A DNA stretch of 63,846 nucleotides, filler included, from Limisphaerales bacterium (lineage in GTDB: Bacteria > Verrucomicrobiota > Verrucomicrobiia > Limisphaerales > SIBE01): NCBI GenBank assembly GCA_044225505.1. It is 3 parts of 3 records of this genome, joined end to end, with 100 filler letters (N's around TTAATTAATTAA, not from the genome) between each part and the next. Parts side by side here need not be neighbours in the genome. Positions count along the whole stretch, not along the records: positions 1 to 24,905 come from JBGAIN010000124.1; 2 more parts are not named here. One strand, given 5' to 3'. Position numbers and translations under genes: made by a program. Under the pieces are notes generated by a model. The model saw only the letters and a list, made by a program, of their open reading frames with translations, had not been told where the DNA came from and searched no databases. Positions 8,523 to 18,239 of the stretch are shown here, piece by piece (the first letter of the stretch is position 1; each line of letters starts with the position of its first letter).

Positions 8523-11500
8523 GTGCGCTGGGAACGAAACCCGATTCAGTTCTGGGCGTGGGTGCTCCTCTGGCTGGCCGTGGCGAGCGGCAGATCCTCC
8601 ATAGCGGGCGAACCCGCAGTGGGTTCTGTGAATCGGGACTATCTTCTGCGCATTTGGGAACCCGACGAGGGCTTACCCAGTATTTCTGCGACCGCGGTGG
8701 CTCAGACAGCGGACGGATACCTCTGGGTAGGCACGTTCAATGGTTTATCCCGCTTTGACGGAGTCCAGTTCCACACATTTCGCCCGGAAAACACGCCCGC
8801 GTTGCCTAGCGCTGCCGCTGTTCGACTCTATGTGGATCGCAAAGCTCGGCTCTGGGTGGGAACAGACCGAGGTCTGGCCGTGCTCGACAAAGGAGTGTGG
8901 CAGGCTTTTGGAGCGCCGGAGCGTTGGCCTGGGCTTTTACCGAAATCGTTCGCGGAGGATCACGACGGTGGGCTCTATGTGTCGGCGCGTGATCAGGTCC
9001 TGCGCTTGGATGGAGATCGGTTCGTGCCGGTAGCATTGCCTGAGCGCGGGGGGGATGACTCCACGTTAACGCTAACCGCTGACCAAAATGGCACTATTTG
9101 GGCCATTGGAGATAAGTATTTAGGTCGGATGCGGCACGAAGAATGGCGGCCCGTGCAGCAGATCGACCCTGGAAGCGCCGAGCGGTTCGAAGGTATCGCT
9201 CGGGCTCAGGCCGACGGCGTCTGGGTCGCGGACTCTCGACGCGTTCGGAAATTTACCGGGGAGAAATGGACGAAGGAATTCATCCGGCCTCTGCCGTTCC
9301 AGAGGGATGCACCCACGATTTTGCTCGAAGACTCCCGAAGTAACGTTTGGGCAGGATGTTTCACCAAAGGGCTCGTTGTCTTCTCCGGCGACGACATTCT
9401 CGCATGTGTCCGAGAAGATGGGTTGTCCGCAACCGGAATCACTTCTATTTACGAGGATCGAGAAGGGAACATTTGGGCCGGGACGGGTGCGGGAGGGCTC
9501 GTCCGACTTAAACAGAGAAGCTTTACCTCGTTTGATGATCCAAAGCTCCTGCGTTCGCCTCTGGTTAATTCGGTCGCGCCGGATGTCGAAGGCCGGTTGG
9601 TTCTGGGCGGCAGCGGATTGTTGTGGTTTGAAGGCGGTCACTTTGTCCAACACGCTGCCATTCAATCGGCGCGTCTTGATCTACGTCACTCGGTCCTCTG
9701 TGTACTCAGGGATCGCGCCGGGGCGACTTGGGCAGGGGTGCGTGATCTTGGGCTGTTTCGGATTTCGAGTTCGGTTGTGCGTCCAGCGGATTCTGAACTG
9801 GTTCGCGATCAGTCGATCTTTGCGCTGTTTGAGGATTCCAAGGCCCGATTGTGGATCGGCTCGGCATCCGGGGTCGTCTGTCGGGTCGACGATCGATTCC
9901 GCGATTACACTTCTGAAGGCGGGCTGCCGGTCGCCAGATATCACGCCATTGCCGAAGCGGCGGATGGCAGCATTTGGGTCGGAAGTCCAACGTCCGGATT
10001 GTTCCGGAGCGACGGCGGACCCTTTGCGGAGGTCCTTGAAGCGGGACAATCCGTTACCAATATCCTGTCCCTCTGCGGCTCTAGGAATGGCGGGACCTGG
10101 GTGGGCACGGAGAATGGCCGCCTGTTACGGGCAGACGGGGCAGGTTGCCACGAATACGCCCCGGCGCGGGAAATCCCGTTGGGCAGGATTTCCTGCATTC
10201 TCGAGGATGAGCCGGGAAACCTTTGGATCGGCTCGGATCAGGCCATTGCGCAGCTCGCCGTGCGCGGCGATGAGCGTCCGGTCCGTTTCCGGCTCTTTGG
10301 GAAAACAGATGGGCTCAAAGGAGGGATCTATGTCGAACGCACTCAGCCGGCGGCGTGCATCGCCCCGGACGGTCGGCTATGGTTTGCCACGACCAAAGGC
10401 CTGGCGGTGGCGGATCCCCGAACCGTCCGACGGACCGCCACGGCTCCTGCGGTCTATGTGGAAAGCATGCTCGTTGACGGCAAAGCGCAAAGGCTTTTGA
10501 GCGCCTCGGCGCAGTCTGTGACCGTGCCGGCCGGTGCCGGGCGCATCGAGATCGCCTATACCGGCATCAGCTTGGCAGCCCCTGAGAGCTTGCGGTTCCA
10601 GTATCGAGTGGATGGCTTGGATGGAGAGTGGCGAGATGTCGGCGGGCAGCGCCAAGTGGTCCTGCAGAAGCTAGGGCCTGGAGATTACCTCTTTCGCGTG
10701 CGTGCGGTGAATAGCGACGGCATTTGGAGCAGCGGGGATACGTCGCTGGCGTTTACGGTGCTGCCCATATTCTGGGAGAGTTGGTCGTTCCGAATCATCG
10801 TTTTGGTGTGCAGTTTAGGCGCGGTCTTCTCGCAGTTGTGGCGGGTGCATCAACGCCGGTTGCGCGAACAGGACGAGCGTGCCTTACGAGATGCTCACCG
10901 GCTCTCCGAAGGAACCATTGACGCTCTGCCTGCAAACATCTGCGTGCTTAACGAAACGGGAGAAATCATTGCCATCAACAAAGCGTGGAGTCGATTCGCC
11001 AAGGGGAATGGGGCGGGACATCCGTTGGCCTGGCGCGGAACGAACTACCTGAGTGTGTGCGATGCCGCCCGTGGGGCGGAAGCTGCGAAAGCGGCGGCTT
11101 TCGCCGCGGGGATCCGGGAGGTGATCCGTGGGGCTCGCCGCGACTTTGAACTGGAGTATTCCTGCCATTCCCCCGAACTGAAACGCTGGTTTATCGGGCA
11201 TGTAACGCGATTCGAAGCGTTGGGGCGCATTCGGATCGTCATTGCCCATGAGGACGTCACCAAGCAGAAGAATTCCGAACTCATCCTCGAACAAGATCGA
11301 CATCAACTGGAGGTCAGCGTCCGGAAACGGACCACAGAATTGCAGAGCGCCAATGAACTCTTGGCAGGCAGCCGCGAACGACTCATCGCCATGTCATTGC
11401 GCCTGGTCGAGATTCAAGAGGCGGAGAGGCGAGCCATTGCCCGAGAACTACACGATGAAGTTGGGCAAATCCTGACCAGTTTGCGGATCCTGTTGGATAT

Positions 11501-12023
11501 GACGGATCGGCAACCCGTGGATACGGTTAGGACAACCCTTGCGGAAGCGAAGAGCATGGCCGGCGAGTTGATTGAGCGGATCCGTCAAATGTCCTTAGAC
11601 CTGCGTCCGCCGATGTTGGACGATTTGGGCTTGCTCCCAACGTTCGAGTGGCATTTCCGCCGCTACACGAAGCTTACGGGGATTCAGGTCCATTTCCAAC
11701 AAACGGGGCTGCCTTGCCGATTGCCAACGGCGATCGAGACCGCCGCTTATCGCCTGGTCCAAGAGGCGCTCACTAATGTCGCGCGCTATGCCAAAGTCAC
11801 CGAGGTCTCGGTCGACCTCCAGTGCCAATCGGATCGGCTCGACTTGGAAATCGAAGACTGCGGAATTGGCTTTGATCCCGCGTTGGTTCTTGCGGAGCGG
11901 AATTCAACGGGATTATCCGCCATGCGAGAACGCGTTGACTTGTTACACGGTCGGTTTGAGGTCTTTTCCCGCCGGGGGGAGGGGACTCGCTTGCAGATCT
12001 ACTTGCCGCTGGGGGAGTTCTGA
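8523..12023 (+). CDS. Sensor histidine kinase: periplasmic beta-propeller (Reg_prop) + Y_Y_Y + TM + PAS + HisKA_3/HATPase
   Basis: Repeats such as QTADGYLWVGTFNGLSRFDG and EDREGNIWAGT; FQYRVDGLD; ERRAIARELHDEVGQ; QEALTNV; D.GIGFD; GTG start after AAGAGG. Confidence 0.92.
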   Translation: MRWERNPIQFWAWVLLWLAVASGRSSIAGEPAVGSVNRDYLLRIWEPDEGLPSISATAVAQTADGYLWVGTFNGLSRFDGVQFHTFRPENTPALPSAAAVRLYVDRKARLWVGTDRGLAVLDKGVWQAFGAPERWPGLLPKSFAEDHDGGLYVSARDQVLRLDGDRFVPVALPERGGDDSTLTLTADQNGTIWAIGDKYLGRMRHEEWRPVQQIDPGSAERFEGIARAQADGVWVADSRRVRKFTGEKWTKEFIRPLPFQRDAPTILLEDSRSNVWAGCFTKGLVVFSGDDILACVREDGLSATGITSIYEDREGNIWAGTGAGGLVRLKQRSFTSFDDPKLLRSPLVNSVAPDVEGRLVLGGSGLLWFEGGHFVQHAAIQSARLDLRHSVLCVLRDRAGATWAGVRDLGLFRISSSVVRPADSELVRDQSIFALFEDSKARLWIGSASGVVCRVDDRFRDYTSEGGLPVARYHAIAEAADGSIWVGSPTSGLFRSDGGPFAEVLEAGQSVTNILSLCGSRNGGTWVGTENGRLLRADGAGCHEYAPAREIPLGRISCILEDEPGNLWIGSDQAIAQLAVRGDERPVRFRLFGKTDGLKGGIYVERTQPAACIAPDGRLWFATTKGLAVADPRTVRRTATAPAVYVESMLVDGKAQRLLSASAQSVTVPAGAGRIEIAYTGISLAAPESLRFQYRVDGLDGEWRDVGGQRQVVLQKLGPGDYLFRVRAVNSDGIWSSGDTSLAFTVLPIFWESWSFRIIVLVCSLGAVFSQLWRVHQRRLREQDERALRDAHRLSEGTIDALPANICVLNETGEIIAINKAWSRFAKGNGAGHPLAWRGTNYLSVCDAARGAEAAKAAAFAAGIREVIRGARRDFELEYSCHSPELKRWFIGHVTRFEALGRIRIVIAHEDVTKQKNSELILEQDRHQLEVSVRKRTTELQSANELLAGSRERLIAMSLRLVEIQEAERRAIARELHDEVGQILTSLRILLDMTDRQPVDTVRTTLAEAKSMAGELIERIRQMSLDLRPPMLDDLGLLPTFEWHFRRYTKLTGIQVHFQQTGLPCRLPTAIETAAYRLVQEALTNVARYAKVTEVSVDLQCQSDRLDLEIEDCGIGFDPALVLAERNSTGLSAMRERVDLLHGRFEVFSRRGEGTRLQIYLPLGEF

Positions 12024-12108
12024 AAAAGCTTGGGCGATTTTTGAGGTTGAGTGGCGGAGGCTAAAGTGCTTACACTGTCGGCCAGTCAGACGGACTGGAA
12101 CGTGAATC

Positions 12109-12765
12109 ATGGAAATCGGGGTCACCTCCATCGCCATTGCCGACGATCATCATCTGGTTCGACAGGGCTTAATGCTCCTGTTGAAAGGTGAGCCTGATTT
12201 CCGTCTGCTCGGAGAGGCCGGCGACGGTTTGGGCGCCGTGCAGTTGGTCAAAGATAAATGCCCGGATATCCTCCTCCTGGATTTAATGCTCCCGCGCATT
12301 CATGGCCTGGAGGTCATCCGCCAGGTGCGGATGGGGAATCCGGATACGCGCATCATCATCCTGTCGATGCATAAAGAGGAATCCTACGTCATTGAAGCCC
12401 TTCGCAACGGCGCTTCCGGGTATATCCTCAAGGATTCCACGGGAACAGATCTCATTGAAGGCATCCGCAAGGTCAAGGCCGGTCGCCGCTATCTCAGTCC
12501 TTCCTTGCAGGAAATTGCGATTGGACTGCTCGAGCAAAGGCCAACCACGGGGACGGGAGATATTTATGATTCGCTCAGCAATCGGGAGCGACTGGTCTTG
12601 CAGTTGGCCGCGGAAGGCCTCAGTTCTCCGGAGATCGCAGAGCGGCTTTTCATCAGCCGCCGGACGGTGGAAACCCATCGGGCAAACTTGATGAGGAAGT
12701 TGGATCTCCGTTCTCAGACCGACCTGGTGCGCTTTGCGATTCGCAAAGGAGTGATGCAAGCATAG
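12109..12765 (+). CDS. NarL/LuxR-family response regulator
   Basis: ADDH..LLDL.LP receiver; LSNRE..TVETHRANLMRKL HTH. Confidence 0.95.
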   Translation: MEIGVTSIAIADDHHLVRQGLMLLLKGEPDFRLLGEAGDGLGAVQLVKDKCPDILLLDLMLPRIHGLEVIRQVRMGNPDTRIIILSMHKEESYVIEALRNGASGYILKDSTGTDLIEGIRKVKAGRRYLSPSLQEIAIGLLEQRPTTGTGDIYDSLSNRERLVLQLAAEGLSSPEIAERLFISRRTVETHRANLMRKLDLRSQTDLVRFAIRKGVMQA

Positions 12766-13006
12766 GGGCGATCCCCTACCGTAGCTCCACGGGCGTAAAT
12801 ACCAAGCTGTACGGATGGACGCTGAGATCTCTGCGACGCATCTTGAATTGGTGATCCGGTTCCAAGTCCATCATCGTGTGAGATGTTTTGCACGATACGA
12901 AGTTAACGCGCTCCGTCGGATCAGGAGCTGAGCATCCACTTGTGCACTGCGGTCGGTGCATTTGAACCGGTGCATGCATGCCATGGCGAAACCCTCAGAC
13001 AAGTTT

Positions 13007-14626
13007 ATGAACACCTATCCCCACACTCCGCGCCGATCCTGGCTGCTGCTCATTGCAGCAGGCTTGGTTTTGGCTCCTATCAGCACTCTGTTGGCTCAAA
13101 CGGCCAACGAAGTCGAATACAATAAACAGTACCGCTCTTACCACGATGTTCCGCTCGGCGAGAATTATACCGGGCGTTCTCCGTTCCTTCGTCCTAAAGG
13201 GGAGCCAGAAGCCCCGCCGCCGCGCCGCGTGCAAGTAGTCAAGCAGGTCGAACGAGCTCCGGAACCTCCGCAAAGTTGCTCGGAGATCAACACCGGACTG
13301 ATTCGCATGACCAAGCGGATGCCAGCGGAGGTGACCCTCGGTCAAGAGTTCATGTATGAATTGAACCCGACCGCGGTCGGCTGTGCCGGGAACGTCGTCA
13401 TCACGGACCATATTCCGCCAGGCGCTTCTTATGTTCGCAGTGAACCACCCGCGGAAGTGCAAGGAGAACACCTCGTTTGGCGCATCCACGACATGGACCC
13501 GGGTGACGCGCGCAATATCAAAGTTTGGCTGAAAGCTGAACAAGAAGGGCGATTGGCCTCCTGCGCGACCGTTTCCGCTGATCCTCGTGTCTGCGCAAGC
13601 ACAATGGTGGGCAAACCCGTCTTGGCGATCACCAAGACCGGACCGGAAGTGGCCCAAATTGGCAGCGAAGTGAGCTACAACATTGTGGTCAGCAACAACG
13701 GCTCGGCCGTGGCCCGCGACGTGACGGTGACAGATACCGTCCCGACAGGGTTGTCGCATTCAAGCGGACAGCGCACGCTGTCGTTCCAAGTCGGCGATTT
13801 GGCTCCGAAGCAATCGAAGTCAATCCCAGTGGTCCTGCATGCTGACGCCCGCGGCAAAGTGTGCAACGGCGCCGTGGCCGCGTCCAGCAACGCTGGACAG
13901 GTTAACGCTGAAGCCTGCACAACGATCGTTCAACCTGGCTTGAAGATCGTGAAGACCACCAACGACAAGGAACTCTTGATCAACCGCACCGCGACTTATT
14001 CCATCGTGGTATCCAACATCGGCGATATTCCGCTGACCGGCGTGGTGGTGACCGACACCGCTGCTCCTGAGACCACCATCACCGCGGCCGAGGGCGGCAG
14101 CGCGGCTGGCAACGTGGCGACCTGGAACATCGGCGAGCTGCGTGCTGGTGAGCAGAAAGAACTGACCGTGAAGATCGCGTCCAAGAACCCTGGCCATTTC
14201 TGCAACACCGCCACGGTTTCGACGGCTCAAGGCCTGAAGGAATCCGCTCAAGCCTGCTCCGATTGGATCGGTGTGACAGGCGTGTTGGTGGAAGTCGTGG
14301 ACGATCCTGATCCGATTCAGGTGGGCGAAACGACCACATTCACGATCCGGGTGACCAACCAGGGATCGACGCGCGACATCGAAGAACTCAACGTGAAGTC
14401 GATCTTCGGCGAAGCGATGAGCCCGACCACCGCGTCGGCAGGCGGCACGGTCAGCGACAAGACGGTCACATGGCCGACTCTGCCTCGCTTGGCTCCGAAA
14501 CAGTCGGTGACTTACACGATCATTGGTAAGGCTGTTAAGGCTGGCGACCATCGTCTCGAGACGCAGGTCACAACCCGGGAGCGCACCAATCCGATCGTCG
14601 AGCTCGAGAGCACGACGATTTACTAG
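13007..14626 (+). CDS. OmcB-like cysteine-containing DUF11-repeat envelope protein
   Basis: Signal peptide; repeated DUF11/Ig-like modules (YNIVVSNNGSAVARDVTVTDTVP); VVDDPDPIQVGETTTFTIRVTNQGS; C-terminal ESTTIY. Confidence 0.82.
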   Translation: MNTYPHTPRRSWLLLIAAGLVLAPISTLLAQTANEVEYNKQYRSYHDVPLGENYTGRSPFLRPKGEPEAPPPRRVQVVKQVERAPEPPQSCSEINTGLIRMTKRMPAEVTLGQEFMYELNPTAVGCAGNVVITDHIPPGASYVRSEPPAEVQGEHLVWRIHDMDPGDARNIKVWLKAEQEGRLASCATVSADPRVCASTMVGKPVLAITKTGPEVAQIGSEVSYNIVVSNNGSAVARDVTVTDTVPTGLSHSSGQRTLSFQVGDLAPKQSKSIPVVLHADARGKVCNGAVAASSNAGQVNAEACTTIVQPGLKIVKTTNDKELLINRTATYSIVVSNIGDIPLTGVVVTDTAAPETTITAAEGGSAAGNVATWNIGELRAGEQKELTVKIASKNPGHFCNTATVSTAQGLKESAQACSDWIGVTGVLVEVVDDPDPIQVGETTTFTIRVTNQGSTRDIEELNVKSIFGEAMSPTTASAGGTVSDKTVTWPTLPRLAPKQSVTYTIIGKAVKAGDHRLETQVTTRERTNPIVELESTTIY

Positions 14627-14638
14627 TCCTCCTCGTTC

Positions 14639-14673
14639 AGGGGCTGGCCGAGCGATCGGCCAGCCCCTTTTTT
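14639..14673 (+). terminator. Intrinsic terminator after the omcB-like gene
   Basis: 13-bp perfect stem AGGGGCTGGCCGA/TCGGCCAGCCCCT, GCGA loop, T tract. Confidence 0.85.
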
Positions 14674-14694
14674 CTTTTCTCTCTGTCTCTCCTT

Positions 14695-15195
14695 ATGAAA
14701 TACCAACGCATTTTACTTTCCGCCTGTACAGTGGCTTTTTGCCTGATGGCCGGCTGCTCTAAAACAGAAGAATCGGCGCCAGCGCCCGCCGCGGTCGAAC
14801 CTCCGAAACCCCCCGAACCTCCTGTCGCCGCGACGCCGGCACCGAAACCCGCGGAACCAGCAGTGGCAACCGTGGTGCAACAAGCCAACGAACAGGCGGC
14901 AGCGGCTCAAAAAGCAGTCCAGCCCGCGGCCGCGGCCGTTCAAGAGCAAGCGGCAGCGATCACTTCGAAGGCCCAGTCGCTGATCGATCAAATTCGCAAG
15001 CAGATTGCCGATGGAAAATGGTCGGACGCCTTGAAGTCTTTGGGTGAAGTCAGCGCCTTAAAGCTGACTCCCGAACAGCAAGCAACCGTCGACAGCCTGA
15101 AGCAACAAGCCCAAACCATGGCGCAGCAAGCGGCGACCAGCAGCGCGGTCGACAAGGGCTCCAAAGCTCTGGGGGATATGCTGAAGAAGAAGTGA
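14695..15195 (+). CDS. Pro/Ala/Gln-rich lipoprotein
   Basis: Lipobox MAGC; Pro-rich linker; helical C-terminus. Confidence 0.8.
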   Translation: MKYQRILLSACTVAFCLMAGCSKTEESAPAPAAVEPPKPPEPPVAATPAPKPAEPAVATVVQQANEQAAAAQKAVQPAAAAVQEQAAAITSKAQSLIDQIRKQIADGKWSDALKSLGEVSALKLTPEQQATVDSLKQQAQTMAQQAATSSAVDKGSKALGDMLKKK

Positions 15196-15610
15196 GCGGA
15201 TTGTTCGATTTGAGGGAAACACTGCCTGGCAGTGACTCGATGCGGCTGCATGGCTGACGGCAAGCTCTGGAGTTAGCTCTGCCAAAGCCATGCAGCGGCA
15301 TCCTTAGTCTGGAAGCCGCTGCGCCATATCGAAGCCACCGTCTGGATTCGAGCTTCTTGTGTCGAACCTAGGCCCGACATGAAGGGCGGAGGCACCTCTC
15401 ATGCAACGGAACGGGTAGACTTCCGCTACATTGTCGAGGAACCCTCTAACCCGCGCAATCCACGCTTCTCCAGTGCGAGTTTTAGAATGTCCCGGGAGCG
15501 TTCACTAACGTCCCTGCGGAGACGGTCGCATCCTTGGTTTGGCCCGGCGATAGTGGTGACTCGCGCCGACTGATCGATGATGTGGTCCACCCCGGAGCAA
15601 TACAAACGTT

Positions 15611-16021
15611 ATGCACACTATTGTGCTTGCTGAGGATCACCCTCGAACCCGGCAGGTCCTGCGACGGATCCTGCAGGACGAGGAGGACTTCACCCTGGTT
15701 GGGGAGGCTCAAAACGGTGTGGAGGCCTGTCGTTTGCTCAGCGATCTGAGACCGGATGTTTTAGTGTGCGACCTGGTCATGCCTGGATTGGGCGGGCTGG
15801 CTTTGGCAGAACAGCTCGGCCGCATGTCGCCGCGGACGAGAATGGTGATTGTTTCTAATCACATCGAACCTCCCTATGTGCGCGAAGCGCTCAGCCGAGG
15901 GGCTGGAGGGTATGTTGACAAACTGGAATGTTCCTACTGCCTGGCTGCCGCTGTGCGCGCGGTCCTGAAAGGAGAACAGTACTTAAGCCCCTCACTTTCC
16001 GAAGAACGTTCCCATTGCTAG
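15611..16021 (+). CDS. Stand-alone receiver-domain protein (NarL-type REC, no HTH)
   Basis: LAEDH, PDVLVCDLVMP, GYVDK; ends after YLSP. Confidence 0.85.
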   Translation: MHTIVLAEDHPRTRQVLRRILQDEEDFTLVGEAQNGVEACRLLSDLRPDVLVCDLVMPGLGGLALAEQLGRMSPRTRMVIVSNHIEPPYVREALSRGAGGYVDKLECSYCLAAAVRAVLKGEQYLSPSLSEERSHC

Positions 16022-16050
16022 ACTCTCTCCCCGCCGCCTACCTGGCGCTG

Positions 16051-16839
16051 TCACTCAAAGTCCTGCCCGTCCGTCACGCTCCAGCCCCCGTCCACGGCGA
16101 GAACTTGTCCCGTCGCGAAGCGTGACTCCTCCGAGAGGAAGTATATTGCCGCCGAGTCCAAGTCTGAGGGACTTCCAATTCGTCCTCCGTCCAAAGGTTG
16201 CTTGCTAGCAATGAACTTCAAAACGGAAGAGTCCTTTTGTGCACGGGCGGACATCGGGGTCGCGACAAGCGCGGGAGCCAATACGTTAAAGCGAATCCCT
16301 TGGGCGGCATATTGCGCCGCGGCCGATCGGGTCAATCCGATAATGGCCGCCTTGCTGGTCGCATAGGCTTGTGTTCCGAAATGCCTGGCCGATGGGGAGA
16401 ATCCTAACACGGATCCCATATTGAGAACGCTGCCACCCATTCCGGCCCTAAGAAACTGCTGTGTCGCGGCGCGATTGGAGTAGAACACCGAGCTCAGATT
16501 CACGCGAAGCGTATAATCCCATCCGGCGTCGGTGATTTGGTCAAGGGGACCGTCGCCAGCCTTTCGGCCACTGCCGCCTGCGACATGATAGAGCCCGTGA
16601 AAACCTCCAAAGCGTGTCAGCGCCATTTCAATGCACTTCTCGGCGAGGCCTGGCACCCCGGCATCCCCAGCGAACACGACGGCGGAATCGCCAAGTTCTC
16701 GCTGCGCGGCTTCGCTCGTTTCGTCATCGCGCCCAGCGACAACCACGCGCGCGCCTTCTTTAAGAATAGCGTGGGCTGCTGACAGTCCTATCCCGCTGGT
16801 TCCACCAATGATCACGATTACTTTCTCCGCGAGACGCAT
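16051..16839 (-). CDS. Short-chain dehydrogenase/reductase
   Basis: GGTSGIG, YATSK, VDGG. Confidence 0.93.
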   Translation of the reverse strand: MRLAEKVIVIIGGTSGIGLSAAHAILKEGARVVVAGRDDETSEAAQRELGDSAVVFAGDAGVPGLAEKCIEMALTRFGGFHGLYHVAGGSGRKAGDGPLDQITDAGWDYTLRVNLSSVFYSNRAATQQFLRAGMGGSVLNMGSVLGFSPSARHFGTQAYATSKAAIIGLTRSAAAQYAAQGIRFNVLAPALVATPMSARAQKDSSVLKFIASKQPLDGGRIGSPSDLDSAAIYFLSEESRFATGQVLAVDGGWSVTDGQDFE

Positions 16840-16863
16840 GGAGCAACAAGTTGAGTCTGGGGT

Positions 16864-18135
16864 CTAGTTCTGTTTTAACCCGAACTGGTCGGCAAGTTGT
16901 CCGAAAAGTTGATCCCGGGTAAAGCTGCCTGAAATGAGGTTGGTCCCGATAATCACTTCTGGCATGAACCCTTTTCGATAACGCCGATAAATGGCCCCGT
17001 AAATCGCCACGTCTTGGCTGATCTGATCGGCAACCCAACGGTTTGTGAACGCTTGGTCAAATGCCGCACCTCCCACCAGATCGCGCGCGAACTTCTCCGC
17101 GGCGGACGGAAGAGGCGGCGCCGTGGTCGCAAAGATCCATTCGTCAAAAGCCGGTGCGGCAGACCGATTGGCGCGCCAGACGGTCAAGCCAATGCGCGCT
17201 AAGGCACAGGCGTTGGTGTGGGGTGCCTGAGTGCGTTTGACGAGAGGATTGCACTGGCTATCCAACGGCATCGGAAGACTAATGATGGCCAATTCGTTGC
17301 TAAAGCGGTGCTGCGCTTCCATTAAAGGATGGTGCATCTCACGGCAATGATGACAGGTGTAGTCGAACAGGCTGACCATGGTGTGAGGCGCATCGGGTCG
17401 GCCAATCAAGGGAACGTCGTTTAAATCAAATTGGAACTGTCCCTCGAAGATTTGGAACATGCGACGTGGAATAGCTGCCGGCACGTTGGTGGTGACGCCA
17501 GCTGTGATCGGGCTCGAGACGAATGTTTTCGGTTGTCGCAGGCTCTGCCCAAAGATCAGGACTGCCACCATCGCTAACCCCGCGGCGCCAAGTCCCAGAG
17601 CGCGCTTGGTCGTGATGAAAATGGCCTGGTCGCGTTCCCGGAGTTTGAGCGGAGCGTTCCGAATGGGCGCGCCGCTTAAAAGCAGGGCGGACGCGGTCAA
17701 CGCAGACGCATGAGCCGTCATGCAAAACGGGCAGATCGTTTTGATCAGGAAGACTTGGATGCCGATGAACCAGAGTCCAGCCGCGAGCACCGTAACGCAG
17801 CAAGGGATCAAGATCAGCCAGGCTGACTTTTGTTTCGCCGGCGGAGTGCTCGGTCCGAGACCGAGGCTGGTCAGAAGCATGGCGCCGTAGACGCCAAGGG
17901 CCGGAAGGCTCACTGGGACGCCTAGCCAATAAGCGTATCGGCTTCCCAGCACCGTGCCGCAGTTTGATTCAGGGCCGCATCCTGCGACCGAACCTCCGCT
18001 CAGTGAAACCCAGGCAAGATACAGGTCCACTCCCAGCGCCACCAAGAGCAGGGATCGAACGGCGATCCTAACCCGCGGGGATGGTCGACCTTCAGGCGCG
18101 GGGCCTTTTGGTTTGAGGTTTCGGTTGCCAGCCAT
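16864..18135 (-). CDS. VKOR-family protein fused to a DsbA/thioredoxin domain
   Basis: CGPESNC..VLGS, CPFC in the membrane part; FDYTCHHC in the thioredoxin part. Confidence 0.88.
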   Translation of the reverse strand: MAGNRNLKPKGPAPEGRPSPRVRIAVRSLLLVALGVDLYLAWVSLSGGSVAGCGPESNCGTVLGSRYAYWLGVPVSLPALGVYGAMLLTSLGLGPSTPPAKQKSAWLILIPCCVTVLAAGLWFIGIQVFLIKTICPFCMTAHASALTASALLLSGAPIRNAPLKLRERDQAIFITTKRALGLGAAGLAMVAVLIFGQSLRQPKTFVSSPITAGVTTNVPAAIPRRMFQIFEGQFQFDLNDVPLIGRPDAPHTMVSLFDYTCHHCREMHHPLMEAQHRFSNELAIISLPMPLDSQCNPLVKRTQAPHTNACALARIGLTVWRANRSAAPAFDEWIFATTAPPLPSAAEKFARDLVGGAAFDQAFTNRWVADQISQDVAIYGAIYRRYRKGFMPEVIIGTNLISGSFTRDQLFGQLADQFGLKQN

Positions 18136-18239
18136 AAAGGCGGAGTGTTTGCCGGGGGCAGTCAGGTTTCAAACAAAAACTTCATGAGATTGAGGCGTGG
18201 ACTCGAGGCCAGCTTCCGGCTACTTGTAAGTTCCATCCC

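Noticed and set aside
9307..10500. Long alternative-frame or antisense ORFs (also 18875-20008, 47047-48066, 61103-62128, 34119-34862)
   Set aside because: Shadow ORFs overlapping well-supported genes in GC-rich DNA; no recognisable motifs.
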